A DNA stretch of 64,000 nucleotides from Planctomycetota bacterium (GTDB taxonomy: Bacteria; Planctomycetota; UBA1135; UBA2386), in the NCBI GenBank assembly GCA_050181465.1, contig JBFXDD010000008.1:64325-128324 (forward strand), read 5' to 3'. A model generated the notes under the pieces. It searched no databases, had not been told where the DNA came from, and saw only the letters and a program-made list of their open reading frames with translations. This document shows, one piece after another, positions 27,395 through 35,261 of this stretch. How positions within the stretch are numbered: the first letter of the stretch is position 1; every line of letters starts with the position of its first letter. Both the position numbers and the translations under genes were made by a program.

Positions 27395-29665
27395 ATGAAC
27401 TCGCTGCTCACTCGTTGCCGTTCGCTGCTGGGCTTGGCCGCTGCCTGGACTCTTGGCGGATCTGCAGTCGCCCAGGATCCTGCCGAGCTCGCTCTGCCTG
27501 CCGATACGTTCCGCTTTCGTGGCCATGTCATCGACGATACGCGCGGCGACGGCTGGGTCACCGCGCGCGGCGAGACCTACAAGCTCGAGGCCACCGGAGC
27601 CGAGTTCACGGTCGTCGGACTCTTCGGTCCCGACGCTCCTTCGATGCCGGTGCGGTTCGCGCTTCGATCGGCACGGCTGGGGGAGGCCGACGCGAACCTG
27701 GGCGATCCGGCGTCGCTCCTGCGCCGAGGCGATGGTCACGAACACAGTCGTCTCGAACTGAATCACGGTGACGTTCTCGAGCGCTGGCGGGTGATGGATC
27801 GCAGTCTCGAACAGAGCTTCGTCTTCGGGCGGTCGGTGGTCGGGACCGGCGCGAGCTTGGTCATCGAGGTCGACACGCTCCTGCCCATCCTCGTCGATGG
27901 CGATGGGGTCGCGTTCCCGGCCGGCGACCACGGCACCATTCGCTACCGCGACTTCGCGGTGACCGACGCGATCGGGCAGCGCCGCTCGTTGCCGATTCGC
28001 CTCGACGGACGGCGTATCATCCTTGCGGCCTCCGCGAAGCAACTCGCCGGAATGGTGGAACCGATCGTGTTCGATCCGACGATCACCTTCGTCGGCATCC
28101 GACTCGGGACGACACGCGCGAGGTTCCCGGACGTCGCCGTGGATCCGCTGCATCGTCGGATCGCCGTGTGCTACGAAGAAGTCATCAGTGCCACCGACAC
28201 CGATGTGATGTTCGCGCACTTGAACTCGCAAGGCGGTGTGGTCACGCAGTTCGCGCTCGACAATCGGAGCGTGCGGACCGTGCGGCCGCGCATCGCGAGT
28301 TCACTGCACGGCCAGATGTTCGCGGCTGTGTGGCGGCAAGCCGCCGGGGCAGGCATCGATCGGATCGAATCGAGGCGAATCAGCACGATCGACATGACCG
28401 TGCAGTCGCTACAAACCCTGGCTCAGGCACCGAGCGGGCGGTTCGCGACGGATCCGGACATCGGCGGATCGGTCTCCACCGTGGACACTGCCTTCCTCTT
28501 CGGATTCGGCACCTTCGAGGATGGCGTCTTCCCACGGAACAGCGAGGTGATCGTCGGTGGGCTGAGTAGGGATGGTGTTCGGACCGGGTTGCGCACTCTG
28601 GATTCCGACACGGGTTGCACCTCGCAGCCGCAGGTTGCGGTCAGTCGGCACGGTGGCTCGTTCGGGCAGTTCGGAGTCGTCTACACCCACGGTCGCGGCT
28701 GTCTGTCGAATCAGACCGATATCGCGTTCGCGGTCGTGAACTCGACGACGACTCCCGTCTTCGGCCCGACGCTCGTCGCGACGAACAGCGGTGCCGACCA
28801 GCGGCCCGACGTCGCCGCGATCGACAATCGGTGGTTCGTGGTGTTCGAGCGACTGACGGGCAGCAACAACGACCTGATCGGTGCGGCGTTTCGGTTCGGC
28901 AACGGCGTGTTCACGCGCACCTTCGGGCCGGTGGTCATGAGCGCGCTCGAGCCCGGGGTGAACCTCGCACTCGCTCAGGTGAATCCGTCGATCGACTTCG
29001 ACGGTTGCCGATTCAGCTACGCCTATCGCGAAGGCACGAGCGCGCCGCGCGTGCGCACCGCGACCTTCGCGCTGGCGAGCGATGCGGGGAGCATCCAGTT
29101 CTCGGCCGGCAACGAGCCGATCGACGGCAACACTGCGGATGCCTTCGATACCCCGCGTCTGGCCTTCGGTGGTGAGGAAGTCTCGCGGGCCTTCGTGGCA
29201 TGGACCGGGGGGACCAACAACACCGATGAGGACGTGGTGGGGGCCTTGATCGATGTTGCCGCGGATGGCTTCCCGCCGTTCACCACTCTGCGAACGGGCT
29301 GCGGCACGCGGGGCATTCCGAGCAAGCGGGTGCTGCTCGGCGGTGACCTTGCCGTGATTGGCCGACCCATGACGCTCGTCGTCGATCCGGCGGCCGGATC
29401 GAACGCCATCCTGATCGGACTCGTTGCGCCTTCGCCGCTGCCGTTGTGCGGTGGTGGAGTGGCTCCTTGTCTGCTCGGCGTCGACCCGATTCTGTCGGCG
29501 ATCCAGGGCAACGGAACGCGAGTCGCAGTGCCCTGCGATCCGAACTTGGTTGGGGCGCCGATCGCCGTGCAGGTGGTCGACTTCTTCGTCGGCGGCGGCT
29601 GCGGTGCCGCGGTGTTCGGAGTGCCGCTGACGGTGTCGGACACCCTGGTCGTGCGGCTGCTATGA
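27395..29665 (+). CDS. Secreted hypothetical protein with C-terminal Cys-containing module
   Basis: 756 aa with signal peptide MNSLLTRCRSLLGLAAAWTLGGSAVAQ. Composition is beta-rich and no catalytic motif was recognised. The last ~125 aa resemble the C-terminal module of the 21513..22943 product. Confidence 0.8.
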   Translation: MNSLLTRCRSLLGLAAAWTLGGSAVAQDPAELALPADTFRFRGHVIDDTRGDGWVTARGETYKLEATGAEFTVVGLFGPDAPSMPVRFALRSARLGEADANLGDPASLLRRGDGHEHSRLELNHGDVLERWRVMDRSLEQSFVFGRSVVGTGASLVIEVDTLLPILVDGDGVAFPAGDHGTIRYRDFAVTDAIGQRRSLPIRLDGRRIILAASAKQLAGMVEPIVFDPTITFVGIRLGTTRARFPDVAVDPLHRRIAVCYEEVISATDTDVMFAHLNSQGGVVTQFALDNRSVRTVRPRIASSLHGQMFAAVWRQAAGAGIDRIESRRISTIDMTVQSLQTLAQAPSGRFATDPDIGGSVSTVDTAFLFGFGTFEDGVFPRNSEVIVGGLSRDGVRTGLRTLDSDTGCTSQPQVAVSRHGGSFGQFGVVYTHGRGCLSNQTDIAFAVVNSTTTPVFGPTLVATNSGADQRPDVAAIDNRWFVVFERLTGSNNDLIGAAFRFGNGVFTRTFGPVVMSALEPGVNLALAQVNPSIDFDGCRFSYAYREGTSAPRVRTATFALASDAGSIQFSAGNEPIDGNTADAFDTPRLAFGGEEVSRAFVAWTGGTNNTDEDVVGALIDVAADGFPPFTTLRTGCGTRGIPSKRVLLGGDLAVIGRPMTLVVDPAAGSNAILIGLVAPSPLPLCGGGVAPCLLGVDPILSAIQGNGTRVAVPCDPNLVGAPIAVQVVDFFVGGGCGAAVFGVPLTVSDTLVVRLL

Positions 29666-29709
29666 GCGGCTGCGCTGCGCGTCGACTCCTCGCCGCGTCA
29701 CCCGACTCC

Positions 29710-29891
29710 TAGCCCAGACGTTTCGTGAACGTCTGCTGCGATCGCCGTAACTCGCGACCGGCCGGATCGCTACGTCGGCTCCGCCCCGGCAGCGTAGCCA
29801 CGGCCACGCTTCGGTCCTCCTCCGACGCAGCTCCTTGTCGGGCATCGACCTGCCCCGATCTCGCGACGACGTTCACGAAGAGTTCGGACTC
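29710..29891 (-). mobile_element. MITE-like element, copy 4 (inverted orientation, more diverged)
   Basis: TAGCCCAGACGTTTCGTGAACGTCTGCTGCGATCGCCG... equals the reverse complement of the 3' end of copies 1-3. The far end reads GACGTTCACGAAGAGTTCGGACTC. 182 bp. Confidence 0.8.
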
Positions 29892-30127
29892 GGACGTTCC
29901 GCCGACGCACTTGGCCGAGCTCCGACCACCGACGTGCCCTGGGCAAAGACGTCCGCAGTCCGGGGGTGCTCCCGTGCGCCTCGATCGCCGAGCCTTGCCC
30001 GAGACGTGGCCGCGTCGAGGTGTTGCCGAGCCGCCGCGCCTGCCAGTGCATCGCCGGAGCCGCCGCGCTGGAGTTGAATCTGACGAGCGATCTGCGAGGA
30101 TTCTGCTCGGTTGGTTTGGGAGGCCTC

Positions 30128-31894
30128 GTGAGTCCGCAAGTCTTCATCAGCTACAGCCACGATTCCGCCGCCCACAAGGAGGAGGTGCGCTCCGTCGCGG
30201 ACTTCTTGGCGGAGCACGGTTTCGACGTCATTCTCGACCAGTATGAGGTCGTGCCTGCCGATGGTTGGGCGGCATGGTCGGCGCGAGCGGTGAGTCGTGC
30301 GGACTTCATCCTCGCGATTTGCTCCAGCAAGTACTGCGCTGCCTATGAACCGCTCGATGTCGGGTCGTCGACGGGCCTGGGGGCGGCGTGGGAGGCGCGG
30401 ATGATTCGAACGCGACTATACGAGGGTCGAGCGAGCGGCGGTCGGGTGTTCCCGATCGTGCTCGCCGAATCCGACGTCGACAGTCTCCCGATCGAGCTGC
30501 GTGGTCTGCGCTGGTTCCTGCTGCCGCAGCATGCGGAGGACCTCTTGTGCGCGATGGGAGTAGGACCGTCCCGCGCTGACGAGATCGAACTTCCCGGTGG
30601 TCGGCAACCCTCGACGATCGAGTCGTCCGGCGCGGTCGAGGCATCGACCGAACGAGTACCCGAAGTCGCACCCGCGACGGTGGCCCCTCTCTCCGGCGTG
30701 ACCCGTTGGCTCGCAGCAGCCGTGGTCACCGCCGGGTTGTTCGCGGCACTTGTCTGGCGTCCCGGGACGGCGAGAGAACTGGAGCTGACTTCGGCAGACG
30801 AGAGGCAAACTCCCGTTGCGCTGACGCCCAGTCCCGCGGAGATCTCGCCGCTTGGCGATCACCTGGTGACTTTGCATGCCGAGCCACCGCTACGATCCCT
30901 CGCGATCGCGGACTGTGAGGTCGAGTATGACGCAACGCGTCAGTCGTGGACGCTTCGCTGGCGTGGAGATCTCGAGCCTCGCGAACTTCGTTTGCCCTGG
31001 CATGGAACCACAGCGAGCGGATCGCCGGCATCCGGCGAGCTACGAATGAACCTTCGGTATCGCTCGCGTGCCCCGGTCGGCTTTCGGATCGAGATCGATG
31101 ATCCGATGGATCGGGGGTTCGCGCGCTGTGTCACTCACCTGGCCAGCGGCATACGCCTGCGCCTGTGCCCCGCCGGCGAGTACTCCCTGGGATCCGACGA
31201 GCGGGAAGACGAGCCCCGTCGAACGATTCGACTGGACGAACCCTTCTATCTCGGCGAGACGGAGGTCACCGTTGCGCAATGGAGGGCATTCGCCGTCGCG
31301 TCGGGTTACCAGTCGACCGCGGAACGCAGTGGTTCGGGCGGCGTGACGTTGATCGACGGCGAGTGGACGCAGCGTCAGGAAGTGCACTGGCGGACGCCGA
31401 TGCTCCATGAGGCATACGTGAACTCGGATTCTCATCCGGTCGCGCAGATCGCCTTCGACGATGCCCTGGCGTTCTGCCAGCACTACGGGCTGCGGCTGCC
31501 GAACGAGGAGGAGTGGGAGATCGCGTGCCGCGCCGGCTCCACGACCACCTTCTGGTGGGGTGACGAGGAGGTCGCGGCGTTGGATCGAGCGAACATCGCC
31601 GATGCGTCGCTGGCGCCGTTCTACCCCGCCGGCGAATTCTTCGGAGTTCGCGATCACGCACCGTTCCTCGCGCCGGTGGCCGCTTCGATGCCCAACGACT
31701 TCCACCTGTTCGACATGATCGGGAACGTGTGGGAGTGGTGCGACAACCGCGGCAGTCGATCACAACGTTGGGCGCTGCGCGGGGGCTCGTGGGCCAGCCG
31801 ACCGTCGTCGGCTCGGGCTTCCAATCGGCTGGACAACCTTCGTGAAGCCAGAAGCGATGTGATCGGATTCCGAGTCGCCGCGAATCCCGACTGA
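30128..31894 (+). CDS. SEFIR/TIR-fold domain, single TM helix, then FGE-sulfatase (SUMF1-like) domain protein
   Basis: GTG 30128 is preceded by GGGAGG (30118-30123).
- N-terminus: VFISYSHDSAAHKEEVRSVADFLAEHGFDVILDQYE...ADFILAICSSKYC (SEFIR/TIR pattern).
- TM: WLAAAVVTAGLFAALVW (about 30704-30757).
- C-terminus from about 31145: RLPNEEEWEIACRAG, GNVWEWCDN, LRGGSWAS...IGFRVA. Confidence 0.85.
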   Translation: MSPQVFISYSHDSAAHKEEVRSVADFLAEHGFDVILDQYEVVPADGWAAWSARAVSRADFILAICSSKYCAAYEPLDVGSSTGLGAAWEARMIRTRLYEGRASGGRVFPIVLAESDVDSLPIELRGLRWFLLPQHAEDLLCAMGVGPSRADEIELPGGRQPSTIESSGAVEASTERVPEVAPATVAPLSGVTRWLAAAVVTAGLFAALVWRPGTARELELTSADERQTPVALTPSPAEISPLGDHLVTLHAEPPLRSLAIADCEVEYDATRQSWTLRWRGDLEPRELRLPWHGTTASGSPASGELRMNLRYRSRAPVGFRIEIDDPMDRGFARCVTHLASGIRLRLCPAGEYSLGSDEREDEPRRTIRLDEPFYLGETEVTVAQWRAFAVASGYQSTAERSGSGGVTLIDGEWTQRQEVHWRTPMLHEAYVNSDSHPVAQIAFDDALAFCQHYGLRLPNEEEWEIACRAGSTTTFWWGDEEVAALDRANIADASLAPFYPAGEFFGVRDHAPFLAPVAASMPNDFHLFDMIGNVWEWCDNRGSRSQRWALRGGSWASRPSSARASNRLDNLREARSDVIGFRVAANPD

Positions 31895-31927
31895 GGTCGG
31901 AGTGGGCGGTATCTTCCACCCGCACCC

Positions 31928-32923
31928 GTGAAGCGTCTCCGTCGCATCATCCTACTCACGTTCGTCGGTCTGGCCGCGGCGATCGGCGTCGCCTGGCTCG
32001 CCAGCCTCGTTTCCCTCTGGCCGGTAGTCCTGCTCGTGAGGTTCACGTTCGACCGCGGTGCAATCGCCGCGAGCGAAGCCCTGCTGCCGCATGTGCCACC
32101 GAGCGTCCGCGCCGAACTCGATGTCGAGTATCGCACACACCCGCGCCGCCGTGCCCTCGACGTCTACCTGCCGCCGTCGGACGAGCGCGATGCCGAGCTT
32201 CGAACGATCGTCTGGATTCACGGCGGGGGTTTCGTCTCCGGGACGAAGGCGCAAGTCGGCAACTATGCGCGCATCCTCGCCGGTCGAGGTTTCGCGGTCG
32301 TGGCGGTCGACTACTCCATCGCACCGGAAGCGACCCATCCGCAGCCGGTCCTGGAAGTCGACGCCGCACTCCGATTCCTCGGTAGCGAGGCCCGTCGCTG
32401 GTCGCTCGATACGAAGCGGCTCGTCCTCGCCGGCGATTCGGCCGGTTCCCACATCGCTGCGCAGCTCGCGCTCGCACATGTCGATTTCGACTATCGCGAG
32501 CGACTCGGGCTGGAAGTTCTGCCGGTGGGCGTTGCGATCGCCGGGCTCGTGCTCTGCTGCGGGATCTTCGATCCGCCCGCGCTCGACTTCGAAGGCGAGC
32601 TCGGTTGGTTCCTGCGCACCGCGGCCTGGGCTTACGCCGGTCGCAAGGACTTTGCCGAGGATGCGACCTTCGCACTCACCGCACTGCCGCGGTTTCTACC
32701 GCGCGGGATGCCGCCGGTGTTCCTGACGGCCGGCAACGCCGATCCGCTCCTGCCCCAATCGCTTGCCTTCGCCGATGCCTTGCGCGCTCGCGACGGCCGG
32801 GTGGAGACCTTGTTCTTCCCGGCCCAGCGCGCACCCGCGCTCGGTCACGAGTATCAGTTCAACTTGGACGATGCCGGCCGCGAGGCGCTCGAAGCCATCG
32901 TGCGATTCGTGGCCTCGCTCTGA
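31928..32923 (+). CDS. Alpha/beta hydrolase (HSL-type esterase/lipase) with N-terminal anchor
   Basis: Oxyanion motif WIHGGGF, nucleophile elbow GDSAGS, N-terminal hydrophobic helix. GTG start. Confidence 0.88.
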   Translation: MKRLRRIILLTFVGLAAAIGVAWLASLVSLWPVVLLVRFTFDRGAIAASEALLPHVPPSVRAELDVEYRTHPRRRALDVYLPPSDERDAELRTIVWIHGGGFVSGTKAQVGNYARILAGRGFAVVAVDYSIAPEATHPQPVLEVDAALRFLGSEARRWSLDTKRLVLAGDSAGSHIAAQLALAHVDFDYRERLGLEVLPVGVAIAGLVLCCGIFDPPALDFEGELGWFLRTAAWAYAGRKDFAEDATFALTALPRFLPRGMPPVFLTAGNADPLLPQSLAFADALRARDGRVETLFFPAQRAPALGHEYQFNLDDAGREALEAIVRFVASL

Positions 32924-32938
32924 GCTGGCCCACGCGGT

Positions 32939-33947
32939 TCACCCCATCAAGAAGGTCAACAGCGCCTTCTGCGCGTGGATGCGATTCTCCGCCTGATCGT
33001 AGATCACGGAGCGGGGGCCATCCAGCACCGCATCGGTGGCGCCGACGTTGCGACGCACCGGGAGGGGGTGCATGAACAGTGCGTTGCTCGTCTTCTCCAT
33101 CGCCGCCTCGTCGATCATCCAGCCCTGGAGTGATCGCTTCACGATCGCTTCGCGTTCCGGATCTTCCCAGTACTTCGGTGAGCCCCAGGAACGCGCGTAG
33201 ACGACCTCGGCGCCCCGCACGCCGTCGTCCAGGCTGTTGACCACCGACAGCGAGCCGCCCTGCGACTGCGCATCGCGCGTCGCGGCCGCGACCACATCGG
33301 GATCGGGCTCGAAGCCCAGTGGGTGGCAGAGCGTGATCGACATGCCCAGCATGCCGGCGACGCGGAGCAGCGAGTGACACGGCCCGATGTTCTTGGGCTC
33401 CGGATTCGTGGTCCAGACGACCGACAGCTTGCGACCTTGCAGACGGGTGAGGTGATCCTGCATGGTCATCGCATCGGCGAGCGCCTGGCAGGGGTGCTCC
33501 ACCGTGCTCTCGAGATTGACCACCGGGACGGTCGCGTACCGGGCGTAGCTGCGAAGCAGGAGTTCCTGGCGATCCTTGTCCCAAGAGCCGGTGCGGCCGA
33601 GGTGACGCACGCCGAGCACGTCGCAGTAGCGCGAGAGCGTGCGCGCCGCGTCCTTGACGTGCTCCTCGGCGCGGCCGTCCATCACCTTCTGCTCCTCGGG
33701 TTCGAGGTCGTACATCTCGCGCTCGGTCACGTTGATGACGTGTCCGCCGAGTTGGACGGCCGCGACCTCGAAGCTCACGCGCGTGCGCAGGCTGCGGTCG
33801 AAGAACAGCAGACCGAGGGTCTTGCCGGCCAGGAGTTGGGAGCCGCGCTTGCCTTTCGAGCGCTGTGCCAGTTCCAAGAGGTTCTCGAACTCCACGCGCG
33901 AGAGGTCGCCGGCGGAGAGGAAATCGCGCTTCGTCAAGTGGGTGGGT
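32939..33947 (-). CDS. Ornithine/N-acyl-ornithine carbamoyltransferase family protein (ArgF'-like)
   Basis: Trimmed to TTG 33947 (LTKRDFLSAGDLS...). Motifs SLRTR, HPCQALAD and HPLP. SWGS replaces the canonical OTC DxxxSMG, which suggests an acyl-ornithine-type enzyme. The listed 620-aa ORF extends antisense over tadA and a tRNA. Confidence 0.86.
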
Positions 33948-33982
33948 CCGGGGGTTTTGGAGTTGCGCCGTAGGATAGAAGC

Positions 33983-34513
33983 GTGGTCGTGAACGACACA
34001 AGGCAGGACGTGTCCGGCTTCGAAGAATCCGCTGCGGATCGTCACTTCATGCGTCGATGCCTGGAACTCGCGGCAGCCGCGGCTCTGAACGGCGAGGTGC
34101 CGGTGGCGGCGATGGTCGTCGACGGTGAGGAAGTGCTCGCAGAGTCCGCGAACCGATGCGAAGAATGGAAGGATGCAACCGCGCACGCCGAGTTGCTCGC
34201 CCTGCGGGACGCCATCGCCAGACGCGGAGAAGGGCGGCTGGTAGGGGCGACGCTGTATTGCACCCTCGAGCCTTGCTTCATGTGTGCGGGTGCGGCGCTC
34301 CACGCTCGCGTCGCACGCATCGTCTTCGCCGCCTTCGACCCGAAGTTCGGCGCCTGCGGTTCGCTGGCGGACCTGCCGAGCGACCGTCGCTTGAACCACC
34401 GTTGCGCGGTGCATCACGGCATCGAGGCCGAGGCGAGCGCGCAGTTGCTGCGCGAGTTCTTCCGCCTGCGGCGGCCAAAGCGCTCGGCTGCGGGTCAGGA
34501 TGAGACCGGATGA
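33983..34513 (+). CDS. tadA: tRNA adenosine(34) deaminase
   Basis: Zinc-binding motifs HAELLALRDA and LEPCFMCAGA. 176 aa with a GTG start. Confidence 0.92.
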   Translation: MVVNDTRQDVSGFEESAADRHFMRRCLELAAAAALNGEVPVAAMVVDGEEVLAESANRCEEWKDATAHAELLALRDAIARRGEGRLVGATLYCTLEPCFMCAGAALHARVARIVFAAFDPKFGACGSLADLPSDRRLNHRCAVHHGIEAEASAQLLREFFRLRRPKRSAAGQDETG

Positions 34514-34579
34514 GACCGGCGGTTGAATCGCCGCGCGGAGACGGCAGAATCCCCAGCCCCCGTCGCGCGACGACCTCGC

Positions 34580-34666
34580 GGAGAGGTGCCAGAGCGGCTG
34601 ATCGGGACAGTCTCGAAAACTGTTGTGGCCGCGAGGCCACCGGGGGTTCGAATCCCCCCCTCTCCG
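34580..34666 (+). tRNA. tRNA-Ser (anticodon CGA)
   Basis: Cloverleaf: acceptor GGAGAGG/CCTCTCC, anticodon arm ACAGT-CTCGAAA-ACTGT, long variable arm, T-arm GGGGG-TTCGAAT-CCCCC, discriminator G. CCA is not encoded. Confidence 0.93.
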
Positions 34667-34670
34667 TCCT

Positions 34671-34707
34671 CGCGCCGCGCGAACGCCCACAGCGTTCGCG
34701 CGGCGCG
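34671..34707 (+). terminator. Perfect 16-bp hairpin directly after tRNA-Ser(CGA)
   Basis: CGCGCCGCGCGAACGC - CCACA - GCGTTCGCGCGGCGCG, followed by TTGCTGT and a second small hairpin CGCAGC-TTCG-GCTGCG. Confidence 0.5.
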
Positions 34708-34866
34708 TTGCTGTACGCAGCTTCGGCTGCGGCGAGCGCTGTGCGGTCCGCAAGTCCTTCTCGGCGTCGGCCTTGATCGCTGCCGTGCGGTCGGGTAACA
34801 CCCTCGCTCCCCGGGTCGGCGCAAGCTCGACCGGCCGTCCGATCGTCGCGCGTGGTCTCCCTTCGG

Positions 34867-34954
34867 GGAGAGGTGCCCGAGTGGCTTAAGGAGCTCGCTT
34901 GGAAAGCGAGTGTGGGTCAAAAGCCCACCGGGGGTTCGAATCCCCCCCTCTCCG
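34867..34954 (+). tRNA. tRNA-Ser (anticodon GGA)
   Basis: Acceptor and T arms are identical to the first tRNA-Ser. Anticodon arm CTCGC-TTGGAAA-GCGAG, long variable arm, discriminator G. Confidence 0.93.
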
Positions 34955-35011
34955 TAACCCTCCCGCCCGCGGCGGGATGGAGCCGCGCACGGCCGTCGGA
35001 CGGCACGGGGT

Positions 35012-35146
35012 CGCCTCCCGAAGCTGGGGACCGATCGGTCCCGGGCGAGGGCGCGGTGCGAACCTGGTCAGGCCGGGAACGGAGCAGCCATAAGCACTTA
35101 GCGTCTTGTGTCCGGGGCGCCGGTCGGTTCCCAGCTTCGGGAGGTG
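35012..35146 (+). ncRNA. ffs: Signal recognition particle RNA (small, 4.5S-type)
   Basis: The conserved domain IV motif CCTGGTCAGGCCGGGAACGGAGCAGCC lies at about 35063-35089. It sits at the tip of a long helix closed by CCTCCCGAAGCTGGGGACCGATCGG (from 35014) and CCGGTCGGTTCCCAGCTTCGGGAGG (to 35144). The position upstream of dnaX is a classic synteny. Ends are good to +/- a few nt. Confidence 0.85.
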
Positions 35147-35261
35147 ACGGCTCTTGGTCGGTCCCGAGCGCAGGCGGCGCCGAGGCGGCGTGTTCGCTTC
35201 GCGATAGTCTGACGCGAAGGATCGGCCCTCGGTGGCGGTCCCGTGTTCTCCGCAGCTCGCG

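Noticed and set aside
34498-34517. Perfect 10-bp tandem duplication (GGATGAGACC x2) spanning the tadA stop codon.
   Set aside because: It is real in the sequence. Its only consequence is to change the last residues (QDETG-stop versus QDETGG-stop without the duplication). No functional significance is evident.
33948-34801. Upstream 285 codons of the listed 620-aa minus-strand ORF (32939..34801).
   Set aside because: This part runs antisense across tadA and tRNA-Ser(CGA) and has Arg/Pro-rich composition. Carbamoyltransferase similarity begins only at TTG 33947.
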